Shown: piece by piece, positions 44,737 to 53,684 of the stretch
Numbering within the stretch: position 1 is the stretch's first letter
Layout: every line of letters begins with the position of its first letter
Position numbers and translations under genes: made by a program
The notes under the pieces: model-generated
Databases searched by the model: none
What the model saw: only the letters and a program-made list of their open reading frames with translations
Told to the model about the DNA's origin: nothing
IMG/VR virus record: IMGVR_UViG_3300038379_000173
Span: 1 to 64,000 of that record
Length of the DNA stretch: 64,000 nucleotides
From: a virus
Lineage: Duplodnaviria; Heunggongvirae; Uroviricota; Caudoviricetes
Direction: 5' to 3' (one strand)

Positions 44737-44939
44737 TTCTATCATGGGACAAATATTTCGAAGATGGGGCGAGTGTATTTAACTCATTAAAATTCTACTA
44801 TGTGGTTACTGAAAAATACATGTGGCCAGATTTGATTGGCGTCAATGGATGTTTACACGAAGACGCAACGGACCTTGAAATAGCATGGATGGATTTGGTC
44901 ACACCATTTCGCCATTATTACAGACAGAGAGACCCATGA
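44733..44939 (+). CDS. hypothetical protein
   Basis: ATGA overlap. Confidence 0.4.
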   Translation: MILSWDKYFEDGASVFNSLKFYYVVTEKYMWPDLIGVNGCLHEDATDLEIAWMDLVTPFRHYYRQRDP

Positions 44940-45451
44940 TAATTGCTCTAACTGGTCACCGGCCCGATAAACTTAACAATGAGTGGGATGGCCGCGGCCC
45001 ATGTAGCGATTATTTGCGTTACTGTCTCGCTCCGTATGCCGAAAAAGCCTCAGTGGGGATTAGCGGGATGGCGCTCGGAGCCGATTTGTTGTGGGCCGAA
45101 GAGGTGATTAAGGCTGGGAAAGAACTTTGGGCCGCAATCCCGTTTGAAGGACAAGCGCAAACGTGGTCACACAAACATCGCAAACGTTATAGAGACATAA
45201 TTGACAAGGCTGACTGTTTCGTTTTGGCGAAAACTCCTAATAAGGCCGCCTATCAAGTTCGTAATCAATGGATGGTCGATAGGTGCGATTTGTTAGTAGC
45301 CATTTAGGATGGCTCTAATGGCGGCACTGCGAATTGTGTGAGATATGCTGAGAAAGTGGGGCGGCAAATTCAACAGATACATCCTTCGGGATGGTTAACG
45401 TGGCGACCCGAAAGAAAGTCAGGGGGAGAATTAGGGAATGAAAGTCTATAG
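44936..45451 (+). CDS. SLOG/YpsA-like (DprA-related Rossmann) protein interrupted by an in-frame TAG at 45305..45307
   Basis: N-part MIIALTGHRPDK...GMALGADLLWAEE ends at TAG; the same frame continues DGSNGGTANCVRYAEKVGRQIQQI (the expected GGT...A...GK motif) to TAG 45449..45451. Confidence 0.55.
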
Positions 45452-45656
45452 ATGTCCCAAAGGACACAAGGACAACTTGCAAGTTCACTCTGTTTTAACG
45501 CGCTGTACGTTCCTATCAGATGACTCAGGATATCCAATCCCCGGCACTTTAGAATTAGAAGAGATAGATAGTAATTATCGATACTGTTGGTTTTACACAT
45601 GCGGTGTATGTAAGGAGTTTGTAGATGCTACCGAAGTGTCCGAACCCACTATGTAA
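45438..45656 (+). CDS. small Cys-containing protein (72 aa)
   Basis: RBS gggggag before ATG. Confidence 0.45.
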   Translation: MKVYRCPKGHKDNLQVHSVLTRCTFLSDDSGYPIPGTLELEEIDSNYRYCWFYTCGVCKEFVDATEVSEPTM

Positions 45657-45822
45657 CAGCACCACAATTTGTAAGTTAGTTCAAGGTAACATCATTGTAG
45701 AAAAAGACCTAGAAGGTAATGTCGTTGATTTGGAAATAGTTTCATATATCAACGAAGAAGGTGAGATGTGGTGTGGAAAATGCTGCGATGACATCCCAAG
45801 AGAGAATAATACAGATAGGTGA
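45625..45822 (+). CDS. small Cys-rich protein (65 aa)
   Basis: ORF; CPNPLC...CGKCC. Confidence 0.4.
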   Translation: MLPKCPNPLCNSTTICKLVQGNIIVEKDLEGNVVDLEIVSYINEEGEMWCGKCCDDIPRENNTDR

Positions 45823-45973
45823 CTTGTTAGATTTATTCTTTAGAGAACAACGCACATACGAATATGACCTATGTGGCAAAAGTTGGTTTGAGTTTTCCGA
45901 ACATTTAACCCCGAAGGCCATCAAAACTCTTCGCACTATACATAAACTTCTCTATGGTTATGAATTGAGGTAA
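45788..45973 (+). CDS. hypothetical protein
   Basis: internal ATG of track ORF 45761..45973. Confidence 0.35.
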   Translation: MTSQERIIQIGDLLDLFFREQRTYEYDLCGKSWFEFSEHLTPKAIKTLRTIHKLLYGYELR

Positions 45974-45974
45974 T

Positions 45975-46490
45975 ATGTTACGCGCCCTTTGCATTGTCAT
46001 TGTATTCTTCCTAATCTCGTGCGGCGCGCCTTCGCCGAGTGTCAAGGCGCCAATCACCTTTGAGGTGCGACCAGCTAATTTTGTATTCCATAGCATATAT
46101 AAAGGCGCGGCATTGCATTTTCATCGTGACACACAGGGATGGCAACGCGTCCTGCTCCAGGAAGCTGCTTCGAAACACATCGATGTGTTCTGTAATGATT
46201 GGGACATTAAGCGTATAAAACCTGTTGACATCTATTGTTTTGATGTTCGTAATGTCCCATGTGGTGTGTTACGGGGTAAGTTTACCGGCTGCCACTATGG
46301 GAACGCTAAAACTAGCGCAGTAATACACGTAACATACGGTAAGGAACTTACTCTTCCGGCTCTATATCATGAATTGGTCCACGACATCCTACCGGGATTT
46401 GACCGCGACCATACGGATAAGCGTTGGTATCTCTGGGACGCTCGTTGTATAGACATTCATAACAAGATTCTAGAAGAACGATTAAAATAG
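45975..46490 (+). CDS. lipoprotein (171 aa)
   Basis: signal peptide plus lipobox: MLRALCIVIVFFLISC. Confidence 0.55.
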   Translation: MLRALCIVIVFFLISCGAPSPSVKAPITFEVRPANFVFHSIYKGAALHFHRDTQGWQRVLLQEAASKHIDVFCNDWDIKRIKPVDIYCFDVRNVPCGVLRGKFTGCHYGNAKTSAVIHVTYGKELTLPALYHELVHDILPGFDRDHTDKRWYLWDARCIDIHNKILEERLK

Positions 46491-46493
46491 AAA

Positions 46494-46515
46494 GGCGCCG
46501 GACAAAGCCGGCGCC
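46494..46515. terminator. bidirectional terminator hairpin between convergent genes
   Basis: ggcgccgg-acaaag-ccggcgcc; a U-run follows on the minus strand (tttctattt). Confidence 0.6.
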
Positions 46516-46542
46516 AATTCGGACCCCCTAAACTAGGCTAAT

Positions 46543-47331
46543 TTAGAGGCTTACACCCCACTTTGAAGCAAGGTGGGTCTTTACACTGTCCTCTTCGGAA
46601 GCACTAAGAATACGCGAGAAGACAAGTACCTCGTGGATGTCACCAGTGAGTTTGGTGTCGAATGTGCTACGCGCAACTGCGCCAAGGACTGTGTAGTTGC
46701 CGGCGAGACCAATTGAAGAAGAAGCATTGGCACTCTCGTTGGCTCCATTGTATTTAACTGAGTGGTAAGTAGCCGCTTCAATCTTTGCACTGTAAAGACC
46801 AACTTCGTTGTCTACTACGGTTGTGGTCGCTAGAGCTTGCACAGGGGTGCCACCACCACGCAATATGCAAACTGGAACACTAGCCGAATTACCAACTGTC
46901 GCATAAACACTTGAAGAAGTACTTTGTCCTTGAGACCAGAACGTATGATTACTACTTACGCCACTAATGGACCCAACAAGGAAAATGTGGGCTGGACGGC
47001 TAGCGAGTAAAGCTGCTGCATGTTGCAGACGCTCAGTGGCCGCGCCATTAAACCTTATGGCTGGCTTGCCATTAGCGACATTAGCGACGAAAAGTGGACC
47101 AATCGCAACGGGTGTCATGTCGAATGCGCTAGCAGACTTATCTGCCCATTCAGTTACACGATTGCTACCATCTAGGGTAAGTGTTGATGCGTCCGCGGCA
47201 TCGTGCCACATTACTAGGCCGCTTACGCTCTCTGGCGTGAATCCTTCATCAGTTACCGACAAATTGAGAACTAGAGAAGTTCCCGCGATTTGAATTGATA
47301 GAGGCTGGTTCAATAGTATACTCATGTTCAC
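46543..47331 (-). CDS. putative structural/lectin-like protein, paralog A (262 aa)
   Basis: ~40% identical to the adjacent 47362..48150; shared motifs DGSNRVTEW.DKS, GNVANG.PA.RFN, GDIHEV.V...L..EED. Confidence 0.55.
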   Translation of the reverse strand: MNMSILLNQPLSIQIAGTSLVLNLSVTDEGFTPESVSGLVMWHDAADASTLTLDGSNRVTEWADKSASAFDMTPVAIGPLFVANVANGKPAIRFNGAATERLQHAAALLASRPAHIFLVGSISGVSSNHTFWSQGQSTSSSVYATVGNSASVPVCILRGGGTPVQALATTTVVDNEVGLYSAKIEAATYHSVKYNGANESANASSSIGLAGNYTVLGAVARSTFDTKLTGDIHEVLVFSRILSASEEDSVKTHLASKWGVSL

Positions 47332-47361
47332 TCCTATGTGGTTGTTCTATAGTTAATACAC

Positions 47362-48150
47362 CTAGAGTCCAAGTCCCCATTTGTCAGACAAATAATCAAC
47401 TACCTGGTCTTCTTCACCACTTGCGAGAATTACATTGTAAACTATGACTTCATGTATATCGCCATCTAATTTATTATCGAAGCCACTACGGGCGTTGCTT
47501 CCGATGACTAAGTGTGTACCCGTTATTGCTATTGCCGCGCTAGCTAATCCTCCAGCGACAGAGTCATACTCAATAAGGAATTGATTTCCTTGATGAAAGC
47601 GACCCATATAAATACCTATGTTGCCACTTCCGATTGTAGTGGAGACTGTCGCGTCTATGGGCATTCCACCACCACGTAGCGTAGCTCGTGGCACACCAGT
47701 AATACTCCAGATATTACAGTAGATACTTGTTGATGATGTATTTCCTTGTGAGAAAAATGTATAGGAGTTAGCCAAACTATCATGAGAAGCAACAACAAAT
47801 ATCGTCGCTGGGCGACCTGGTATTAAAGCCGGTGTCCGCTGTAAACGCTCTGAGGCGTTAAAACGCAGTGCAGGCCGCCCATTTGCGACATTACCAACAT
47901 ATTGCGGCCCAGTGGCAGCAGGCGTCACGTGATAAAGAGATGGTGATTTATCGCGCCATTCTGTTACTCTATTTGAGCCGTCAAGAGTGACAGTCGCTTC
48001 ATCAGAGCCATCTAGCCATAATATTGTTCCGGAAAGTGTCGCTGGAGTAAAAACAAATGGATATGTAGCAGTAGATGGCCTAATGCTAAATGGGCCAACG
48101 AAATCTCCTGCGCCCAAAAGTACAGACGGTTTAATGAATTTACTAGCCAC
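47362..48150 (-). CDS. putative structural/lectin-like protein, paralog B (262 aa)
   Basis: tandem paralog of 46543..47331. Confidence 0.55.
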   Translation of the reverse strand: MASKFIKPSVLLGAGDFVGPFSIRPSTATYPFVFTPATLSGTILWLDGSDEATVTLDGSNRVTEWRDKSPSLYHVTPAATGPQYVGNVANGRPALRFNASERLQRTPALIPGRPATIFVVASHDSLANSYTFFSQGNTSSTSIYCNIWSITGVPRATLRGGGMPIDATVSTTIGSGNIGIYMGRFHQGNQFLIEYDSVAGGLASAAIAITGTHLVIGSNARSGFDNKLDGDIHEVIVYNVILASGEEDQVVDYLSDKWGLGL

Positions 48151-48464
48151 TAATTGACTTTCTTATACTTACGTGTTACCCTTTTGACATCACCTAGGCC
48201 CTTTGTTACTTCTTGCACTATATCATCTAATTCTGCGGCTACACCACAGTCTTTGGTGCGCTTTGCAATTTTGCGTGCAACCTCTTTGCGTATCTCTACT
48301 GGAAGGTCTTTTTTTGCGTCTTCAACCCCTTCGATAGTCGACACTAGTAATTTTTCATTATTATCAGCGCGCGCAGCTTCTTCTTTAGCTTTGCGCCATT
48401 CAAAATATGCTTTGGCCGCTCCGGCTAATGTTGTGAGCAATAAAATGGCAGTTTCAATATTCAT
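48150..48464 (-). CDS. membrane-anchored protein (104 aa, N-terminal TM)
   Basis: MNIETAILLLTTLAGAAKAYF, then a charged helical tail. Confidence 0.45.
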   Translation of the reverse strand: MNIETAILLLTTLAGAAKAYFEWRKAKEEAARADNNEKLLVSTIEGVEDAKKDLPVEIRKEVARKIAKRTKDCGVAAELDDIVQEVTKGLGDVKRVTRKYKKVN

Positions 48465-48524
48465 TGTAGCCCCTGGGGAATAATACCCTGTAGGTGTGTC
48501 GTTTGGCGCATATGTTAAATCTGC

Positions 48525-48553
48525 TTGATTAGAGGATTTTACAACTCTATATT
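48525..48553 (+). promoter_or_regulatory. sigma70-type promoter TTGATT-N17-TATATT
   Basis: 17-nt spacer; 13 nt upstream of RBS agagga and ATG 48567; in a divergent intergenic region. Confidence 0.5.
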
Positions 48554-48566
48554 TATAGAGGACACT

Positions 48567-48734
48567 ATGGATGACTACACGCTCAAGTCAGACAAACCGC
48601 ATAGTAAATATTGGGAGAAGATTATAGAGATGGCTAGAAACAATCCTGAGTATAAAAGAAAATATGGGCGCAGGAAGCTTAGACGTAAAACTAATGAAAA
48701 ACTTCGCCACCTAAAGGATTTACATGACATTTGA
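48567..48734 (+). CDS. small basic protein (55 aa)
   Basis: ATG downstream of the promoter; track lists TTG 48525. Confidence 0.4.
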   Translation: MDDYTLKSDKPHSKYWEKIIEMARNNPEYKRKYGRRKLRRKTNEKLRHLKDLHDI

Positions 48735-49017
48735 GGACTACTATAATGACGTTTATTTGCCGCGCCACTCTGCTGGAATTAACCGCGCACTCCATGTTGT
48801 TGGCACGCTTTGTTCCTTTGGAGTGTTTATTGGCGGCCTTGCTACTCTATCTCTAGGACTAACACTCTTGTCATTTCTTGTACCGTATCCTTTTGCATGG
48901 TTTGGTCACTTTTTAGAGGGCAACAAGCCAGTCGCTTGGAACGGTCCGTTGCGTGCGCGATTAGCAGATTGGCGTATGACTTATGAAACGATAAAGGCTA
49001 TTGTATGGCGCAAGTAA
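48724..49017 (+). CDS. membrane protein (two TM; DUF962/Mpo1-like?)
   Basis: YY..Y.P.H...N...H..G then two TM helices; family assignment tentative. Confidence 0.45.
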   Translation: MTFEDYYNDVYLPRHSAGINRALHVVGTLCSFGVFIGGLATLSLGLTLLSFLVPYPFAWFGHFLEGNKPVAWNGPLRARLADWRMTYETIKAIVWRK

Positions 49018-49460
49018 CTCTTTGCGATTTTTGCGGTGAAAAAGCTACTGTGCTCGAACTAAATATTTATTCTGAATTGTCGCAGAAAAACACTGTAGTG
49101 ACTATCAAAGAAACGGCCATCGACCTTTGTGCATCTTGCTTCGAATTGGTACGCGAATCACATGGAATAGGGGCTATGCCGGCAAAGTTAAATCAAACAA
49201 AACCCAATACTACCAAAGTACCATCAAAAGAATTGGCCGCTGATGAGATGGTTTACGTGCCATCCGCTGTAGATATCCGTAAGGGCAGTACGGGTTATAA
49301 ACAGTTGAGTGAGAAGGTTTCTGCTATACGGCCATGCACCCATCCGTTTAAAGGATTTGAAAATAATAGATTCGTATGTAGGTCGGCCCCTGCTGGAATG
49401 CATGGGGAGTTGGCCTCTTTCAAAGGATGTGGAGCAGTCTTAGAGGAGAACGAAGTGTGA
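49005..49460 (+). CDS. hypothetical protein with N-terminal Zn-ribbon (CDFCG...CASC)
   Basis: ORF. Confidence 0.5.
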   Translation: MAQVTLCDFCGEKATVLELNIYSELSQKNTVVTIKETAIDLCASCFELVRESHGIGAMPAKLNQTKPNTTKVPSKELAADEMVYVPSAVDIRKGSTGYKQLSEKVSAIRPCTHPFKGFENNRFVCRSAPAGMHGELASFKGCGAVLEENEV

Positions 49461-49720
49461 TGGATGAAGAAGAGTCGGAGAGTGACTATACTTCAGTTTT
49501 AACTGATGATGAAAAAAACTTCATACAGAAATATATGAAGCAATTAGCAACGCTTATCAATCAAATAAGGGAGCCAATGGACCCGCGTATAGAAGGACTA
49601 TTGGTTATTTCTGGCCAACTTCTTGAACAACAACTAGAGATGGACCTACGTTTCCAATATACAGATGATAGTGATGGTAAGATTCCGTCATCGGATGACC
49701 TAAAGGATTGGTTTAAATGA
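49460..49720 (+). CDS. hypothetical acidic protein
   Basis: internal ATG of track ORF 49427..49720. Confidence 0.4.
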   Translation: MDEEESESDYTSVLTDDEKNFIQKYMKQLATLINQIREPMDPRIEGLLVISGQLLEQQLEMDLRFQYTDDSDGKIPSSDDLKDWFK

Positions 49721-49959
49721 GCACACACTTTGTACCATCTAGGGATAAGCGCGCAATACGCCTAGAACAATTTGAAAAACTTCTAGAAGAGAAATTGAAG
49801 GAGTTGGGGATTGCAAAAAAATACTGCAAACTTCTATCAGATTTCCTGCGCCCTTGGCTCAAACTTCCAGAGGCACCATCTAAAGGTGCAACCATTATGA
49901 CAGAGGCTGCTGCGACTAATAAAGATGGTAAATATATTAAGCCGCCGGAGAGCGTATGA
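49717..49959 (+). CDS. hypothetical protein (80 aa)
   Basis: ATGA overlap. Confidence 0.45.
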   Translation: MSTHFVPSRDKRAIRLEQFEKLLEEKLKELGIAKKYCKLLSDFLRPWLKLPEAPSKGATIMTEAAATNKDGKYIKPPESV

Positions 49960-50219
49960 ATATTAAATTAGACGACAATGATGTCGTGCGGCTTGAGCGA
50001 ATAATTCTTAAAGAAGAGAATGCACAATTGCGTTTTTCGCTAGCCCAACATGAATGCCTAGAGGAGCGGAGTGAACTATTCCGGCTTATAGCCGCAAAAT
50101 ACTCAATTGATGTTACCAAACACCAAATGTCTGTTAATTTGTCAGAGCGCACAATTACTTTAATGCCGCGTGAAATGCCGCCCGCTCCTCTATGTCCTGG
50201 CAACCCTCAACCCGCGTAG
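49956..50219 (+). CDS. hypothetical protein (87 aa)
   Basis: ATGA overlap. Confidence 0.45.
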   Translation: MNIKLDDNDVVRLERIILKEENAQLRFSLAQHECLEERSELFRLIAAKYSIDVTKHQMSVNLSERTITLMPREMPPAPLCPGNPQPA

Positions 50220-50512
50220 GAAATAACGACGAGACTTGTGCGTATGATGATTGCAGAGAGCGCAATACTGACACTTCTTTATATGTAGTGGAGGGGTTTG
50301 AGTGTGTGCGATATTTATGTGCGCAACACTTTGCGGAGATTGCGCGACTTTTTAGATTGATTGAAAAATGTCATAGGTGTGAAAGAAATAAAGCGGCCGA
50401 GAATGACCGCTTTTTACTTTCCTTTTTTAGTTTAAAGTTCAACGGTCGCGTCTGGGAATGTTGCGATAGCCATCGGCTAGCCTACGACTCCCTTGTTATT
50501 CCGCTTTATTGA
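50192..50512 (+). CDS. hypothetical Cys-rich protein
   Basis: ORF. Confidence 0.35.
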   Translation: MSWQPSTRVGNNDETCAYDDCRERNTDTSLYVVEGFECVRYLCAQHFAEIARLFRLIEKCHRCERNKAAENDRFLLSFFSLKFNGRVWECCDSHRLAYDSLVIPLY

Positions 50513-50937
50513 TTACCAGCGACGTTTGGTACCCGCGTAATTGTTTTGCCAGTATAAGAAGCAGCGCGTGCTGCGGCTTTTGTAATTGGCGTGCGCTCAT
50601 CAAATTGATAGTAGTATGCTGTAACTTCTACGCTCCCAGATGTTTTCATCTGTCCATATAGACCACTGCCGATACCTAAATCAACCGGGCCTTGGCCGGG
50701 TTTGTCCCAAATGAGAGTGCCGGAAGCCCCAAGAGCGATTTGAGGGCAAAGTTTAGAAGTGCGTTGTTCATAAAAGTTAATAGCACGCGTGTCTGTTTCT
50801 AGGTTGGCCGCCAATAAATTTGTAATAGCATATTGATAGCCACTAGCTGGTGCTAAAATCTCAGTAAAGCCGTTCGGAGCGACTCCGCTTACTATAACAG
50901 TTATGCGTTTTTCATTAAACCTTAAGTGAGGCGTCAT
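50506..50937 (-). CDS. Gly/Ser/Thr-rich protein, last gene of the tandem array (143 aa)
   Basis: ATGA-coupled to the upstream gene. Confidence 0.5.
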   Translation of the reverse strand: MTPHLRFNEKRITVIVSGVAPNGFTEILAPASGYQYAITNLLAANLETDTRAINFYEQRTSKLCPQIALGASGTLIWDKPGQGPVDLGIGSGLYGQMKTSGSVEVTAYYYQFDERTPITKAAARAASYTGKTITRVPNVAGNQ

Positions 50938-51389
50938 TAGGCCGCCGGGTCAATGCTGCCTGAGTTTACAGCGCGAGTTATTAATGTGTCGCCGATAGAT
51001 TGGCGGCCTACTAAACGATTTCCAGTATGGACCCAGCCTTCTTGGGCGTTGTCATTCTGAAGGGTATCAGCTACCACAGCAATTGTAGCATTCCCGGATG
51101 TATCAGCAAATACAGTACGCGAAGCACCGACTTCGGAAGCAATGCGTGCGGTAGTAAAGCGCGCCTGGAAAGCACCACCCCAGACAACTTCATCAAAATA
51201 ACTTGTAGTGCCGTTATCACGCACTATACTGCCGCTTCCAAGCGGACGAACTAAATCATGACGATGTGAAGTGACAGTTGTTACTGTGTCATCTTCCGAA
51301 GCAGTAGCAGTAATACGAGCAGAGCGCTGCCGATAAGAAACATTGTCCTTTGCTACCACTGAAATACCAGAAGCGTTTAATGAACCCAT
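50937..51389 (-). CDS. MGSLN-family protein 3 (150 aa)
   Basis: starts MGSLNAS; RBS aggag; part of the tandem paralog array. Confidence 0.55.
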   Translation of the reverse strand: MGSLNASGISVVAKDNVSYRQRSARITATASEDDTVTTVTSHRHDLVRPLGSGSIVRDNGTTSYFDEVVWGGAFQARFTTARIASEVGASRTVFADTSGNATIAVVADTLQNDNAQEGWVHTGNRLVGRQSIGDTLITRAVNSGSIDPAA

Positions 51390-51397
51390 GGGAACTC

Positions 51398-51949
51398 CTA
51401 GATAATATTGTAAGTGGCCTCAGGTAGCGAGTCCATATCGGTTGTGCCAGCCGAAGCCCCAACCGCAAGGCCAGTAGCATTAAAAATGGTCCAGTCAGCA
51501 AAACCGCTTGTGCGACCACGGTCAGAATCAATAAAAAATACCTTGCGCTCTTGGACTGTGCGTAGAGCGTCATGTGTTGCGTCTGCTTGTAAGTGCGAGA
51601 CAGATGAATGAATACCCATGGCACGGGTCACTTGATGTGAAAGATAGCCTGAGGCATTAACGTATTTTATTTTGTCTAATCCCTCTATACCAGAGCCGGC
51701 CGCGCTCAGTTGTAATTCAACGCGATTACGCGGCATACCACTAACAAAAGTGCGCCCATCGTTATCATACTCGAGTGAAACGCCAAAAGGCTCAGCGTAA
51801 TTACCACGGTCAACTGTCCCACTATTAGACAGCTTCACAATTTCTGTATCTGTGGCAGTATTCGTACGCCGCAGATAATTCCCATAGTGAGAAATTCTTA
51901 GCACGTTACCAGATTGTGTTATAACACTACCATTATTCAGGCTACCCAT
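51398..51949 (-). CDS. MGSLN-family protein 2 (183 aa)
   Basis: starts MGSLNNGS; RBS aggtgg. Confidence 0.55.
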   Translation of the reverse strand: MGSLNNGSVITQSGNVLRISHYGNYLRRTNTATDTEIVKLSNSGTVDRGNYAEPFGVSLEYDNDGRTFVSGMPRNRVELQLSAAGSGIEGLDKIKYVNASGYLSHQVTRAMGIHSSVSHLQADATHDALRTVQERKVFFIDSDRGRTSGFADWTIFNATGLAVGASAGTTDMDSLPEATYNII

Positions 51950-52380
51950 TATCCACCTGCGAATGAAGTGTTAGCTGTCCGAGTAGTAACGTCCGAAGCT
52001 GTATCACTATTCAAAATACGTGCGCCGGCGTGAGCGTGATGATTTGTTGTGATATCTAATAGACCAATTTCAGGATGAGCACCAGAGGCTAGTGACACTG
52101 TATCTGTTAGACGCCTAATTGTAAAATCTTCAGCAGAATCAGTAACTTTCACCCCACGACTCATAATATACGTACTTTGGACTAGGCCAGTCGGAGGAGT
52201 TATAATAAGTGTGGAAGTTCTAAATTGCCCTTCGACCAACCCACCATCTATTGTAAGGTCAGATGATTGAGCGAAATGTGCAACATCTCCACTTGCTATA
52301 GTTATATTGCGGCCCAGTGACCTTGTGGTCAAATTCCTCTTAGGTTGAACGTTTACATCCGAGGAATTAAGAGAGCCCAT
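51949..52380 (-). CDS. MGSLN-family protein 1 (143 aa)
   Basis: starts MGSLNSS. Confidence 0.55.
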   Translation of the reverse strand: MGSLNSSDVNVQPKRNLTTRSLGRNITIASGDVAHFAQSSDLTIDGGLVEGQFRTSTLIITPPTGLVQSTYIMSRGVKVTDSAEDFTIRRLTDTVSLASGAHPEIGLLDITTNHHAHAGARILNSDTASDVTTRTANTSFAGG

Positions 52381-52382
52381 TT

Positions 52383-52811
52383 TTAAGCCTCGAGATAGGT
52401 AATTCCAACTCGACCTTGGAGTGCCCTGTTGGTATCAAGGGCTGTACCGACAGTATAGCGCATTGTGAGTGTGCTACCGCTAGCAAGCACGCGCGCGTTG
52501 CCCTGGTCCTCACTCCAAGTAAACATGTGGCCTTGTAGGCTATCAAGAGTGCCAGAGGCAAGTAAGCCAGTGTTGGACCACAGTGCAACGTCAGGACCGG
52601 CGGCTTCTGCTGTATCAATTTCGAAGCTCACGAAATCAAGTGATGCGCGGCGAGCAAGAAAATGTGTGCCGATACCGTTAGCGGTACTTAATAGTACTTG
52701 GTTGTTAATTGTCCCAGAGAGGGATGTGGCGTTACCAAGAAAAACATCGCGCCCTAAAACTGTTGGGCGACCTTGAAGTTCCTTGACGCGTTTTTTATAT
52801 TCACGGCCCAT
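52383..52811 (-). CDS. Gly/Ser/Thr/Leu-rich protein, first gene of the tandem array (142 aa)
   Basis: starts MGREYKK; composition similar to the downstream paralogs. Confidence 0.5.
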   Translation of the reverse strand: MGREYKKRVKELQGRPTVLGRDVFLGNATSLSGTINNQVLLSTANGIGTHFLARRASLDFVSFEIDTAEAAGPDVALWSNTGLLASGTLDSLQGHMFTWSEDQGNARVLASGSTLTMRYTVGTALDTNRALQGRVGITYLEA

Positions 52812-52893
52812 GGTAATTCCTCCGATGTGGCGTTAATCGTCATAGAATAATACACCACGAAGGAAAAAAAGAAAGGTCTATATAGATACTTCC

Positions 52894-53406
52894 TTACCAT
52901 CCCAAAATAATTTCTACACCGCGCCTAAGTGCAACTAGAAGAAGGGCCGCCTCATCCATTCCAACTGGAATTGACAATTTGGTTAATTCCTCACCCTTGC
53001 CTTTTTGGGCCGCTACGCTCATGAAATAGCCGGGCCGCTCCTTGTATTCCTGATATTTAAACTCAATGGATTTATTACCACCACCTGGAGTTTCGTGATA
53101 GAGTTTAAGTGGATAGGACGGTTTGTGTTCTTGAAGGTAGGCTAAAAACTTTGAAATGTCTGGTAAGCCTAACTTCACACATACCTTGTTATCCCAGTCG
53201 TACGGTCGCTCGCTATCCATTGGAGCGATTTGTTTTGCACATTCCAAAAACATGCAATCGCGGCTGCTACTAATAGAAAACTGGGCCGCACTCCCGGTAT
53301 TTTTTTGGTTGGCTTTGTAGATAGACAAATTGCGCGTGCGCTTTTTGAAAATCTTTTTGCCTGCCGATTTTTCTTTTTGCTCAACTTTTTCTTCTTGCTC
53401 AGACAT
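52894..53406 (-). CDS. hypothetical Lys-rich protein (170 aa)
   Basis: ORF. Confidence 0.5.
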   Translation of the reverse strand: MSEQEEKVEQKEKSAGKKIFKKRTRNLSIYKANQKNTGSAAQFSISSSRDCMFLECAKQIAPMDSERPYDWDNKVCVKLGLPDISKFLAYLQEHKPSYPLKLYHETPGGGNKSIEFKYQEYKERPGYFMSVAAQKGKGEELTKLSIPVGMDEAALLLVALRRGVEIILGW

Positions 53407-53408
53407 TT

Positions 53409-53684
53409 TTAAACCTCGATTTTACGTGTGCATTTACAATAAGATAGGATTGGTTGCGGAACGTCTTGTTGTGGTAGCCTACTGTTGTAGAGGGGATTTT
53501 GCTTAGATGGACTTGGTGTGTAATAAACAGTTCCTTGGCCCCAACACATGCCACAGTTTTTTTTGGCAACCATAACAAATTGAGGGTCGGAACGCATTAC
53601 TTTGTCGGGGTCTAACCCAACAGCAGCAGCAGAATCTCTGATACCCTGGATGGCTTCCGATTGATTTGTAAAAATATCGCTCAT
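53409..53684 (-). CDS. hypothetical Cys-containing protein (91 aa)
   Basis: ORF. Confidence 0.45.
   Translation of the reverse strand: MSDIFTNQSEAIQGIRDSAAAVGLDPDKVMRSDPQFVMVAKKNCGMCWGQGTVYYTPSPSKQNPLYNSRLPQQDVPQPILSYCKCTRKIEV

Noticed and set aside
50937-52380. Eukaryote-style N-myristoylation signal (MGxxxS) on the MGSLN proteins, and a eukaryotic-virus origin for the window
   Set aside because: Genes have Shine-Dalgarno sites, ATGA coupling, sigma70 promoters and rho-independent terminators; position 6 is not consistently Ser/Thr.
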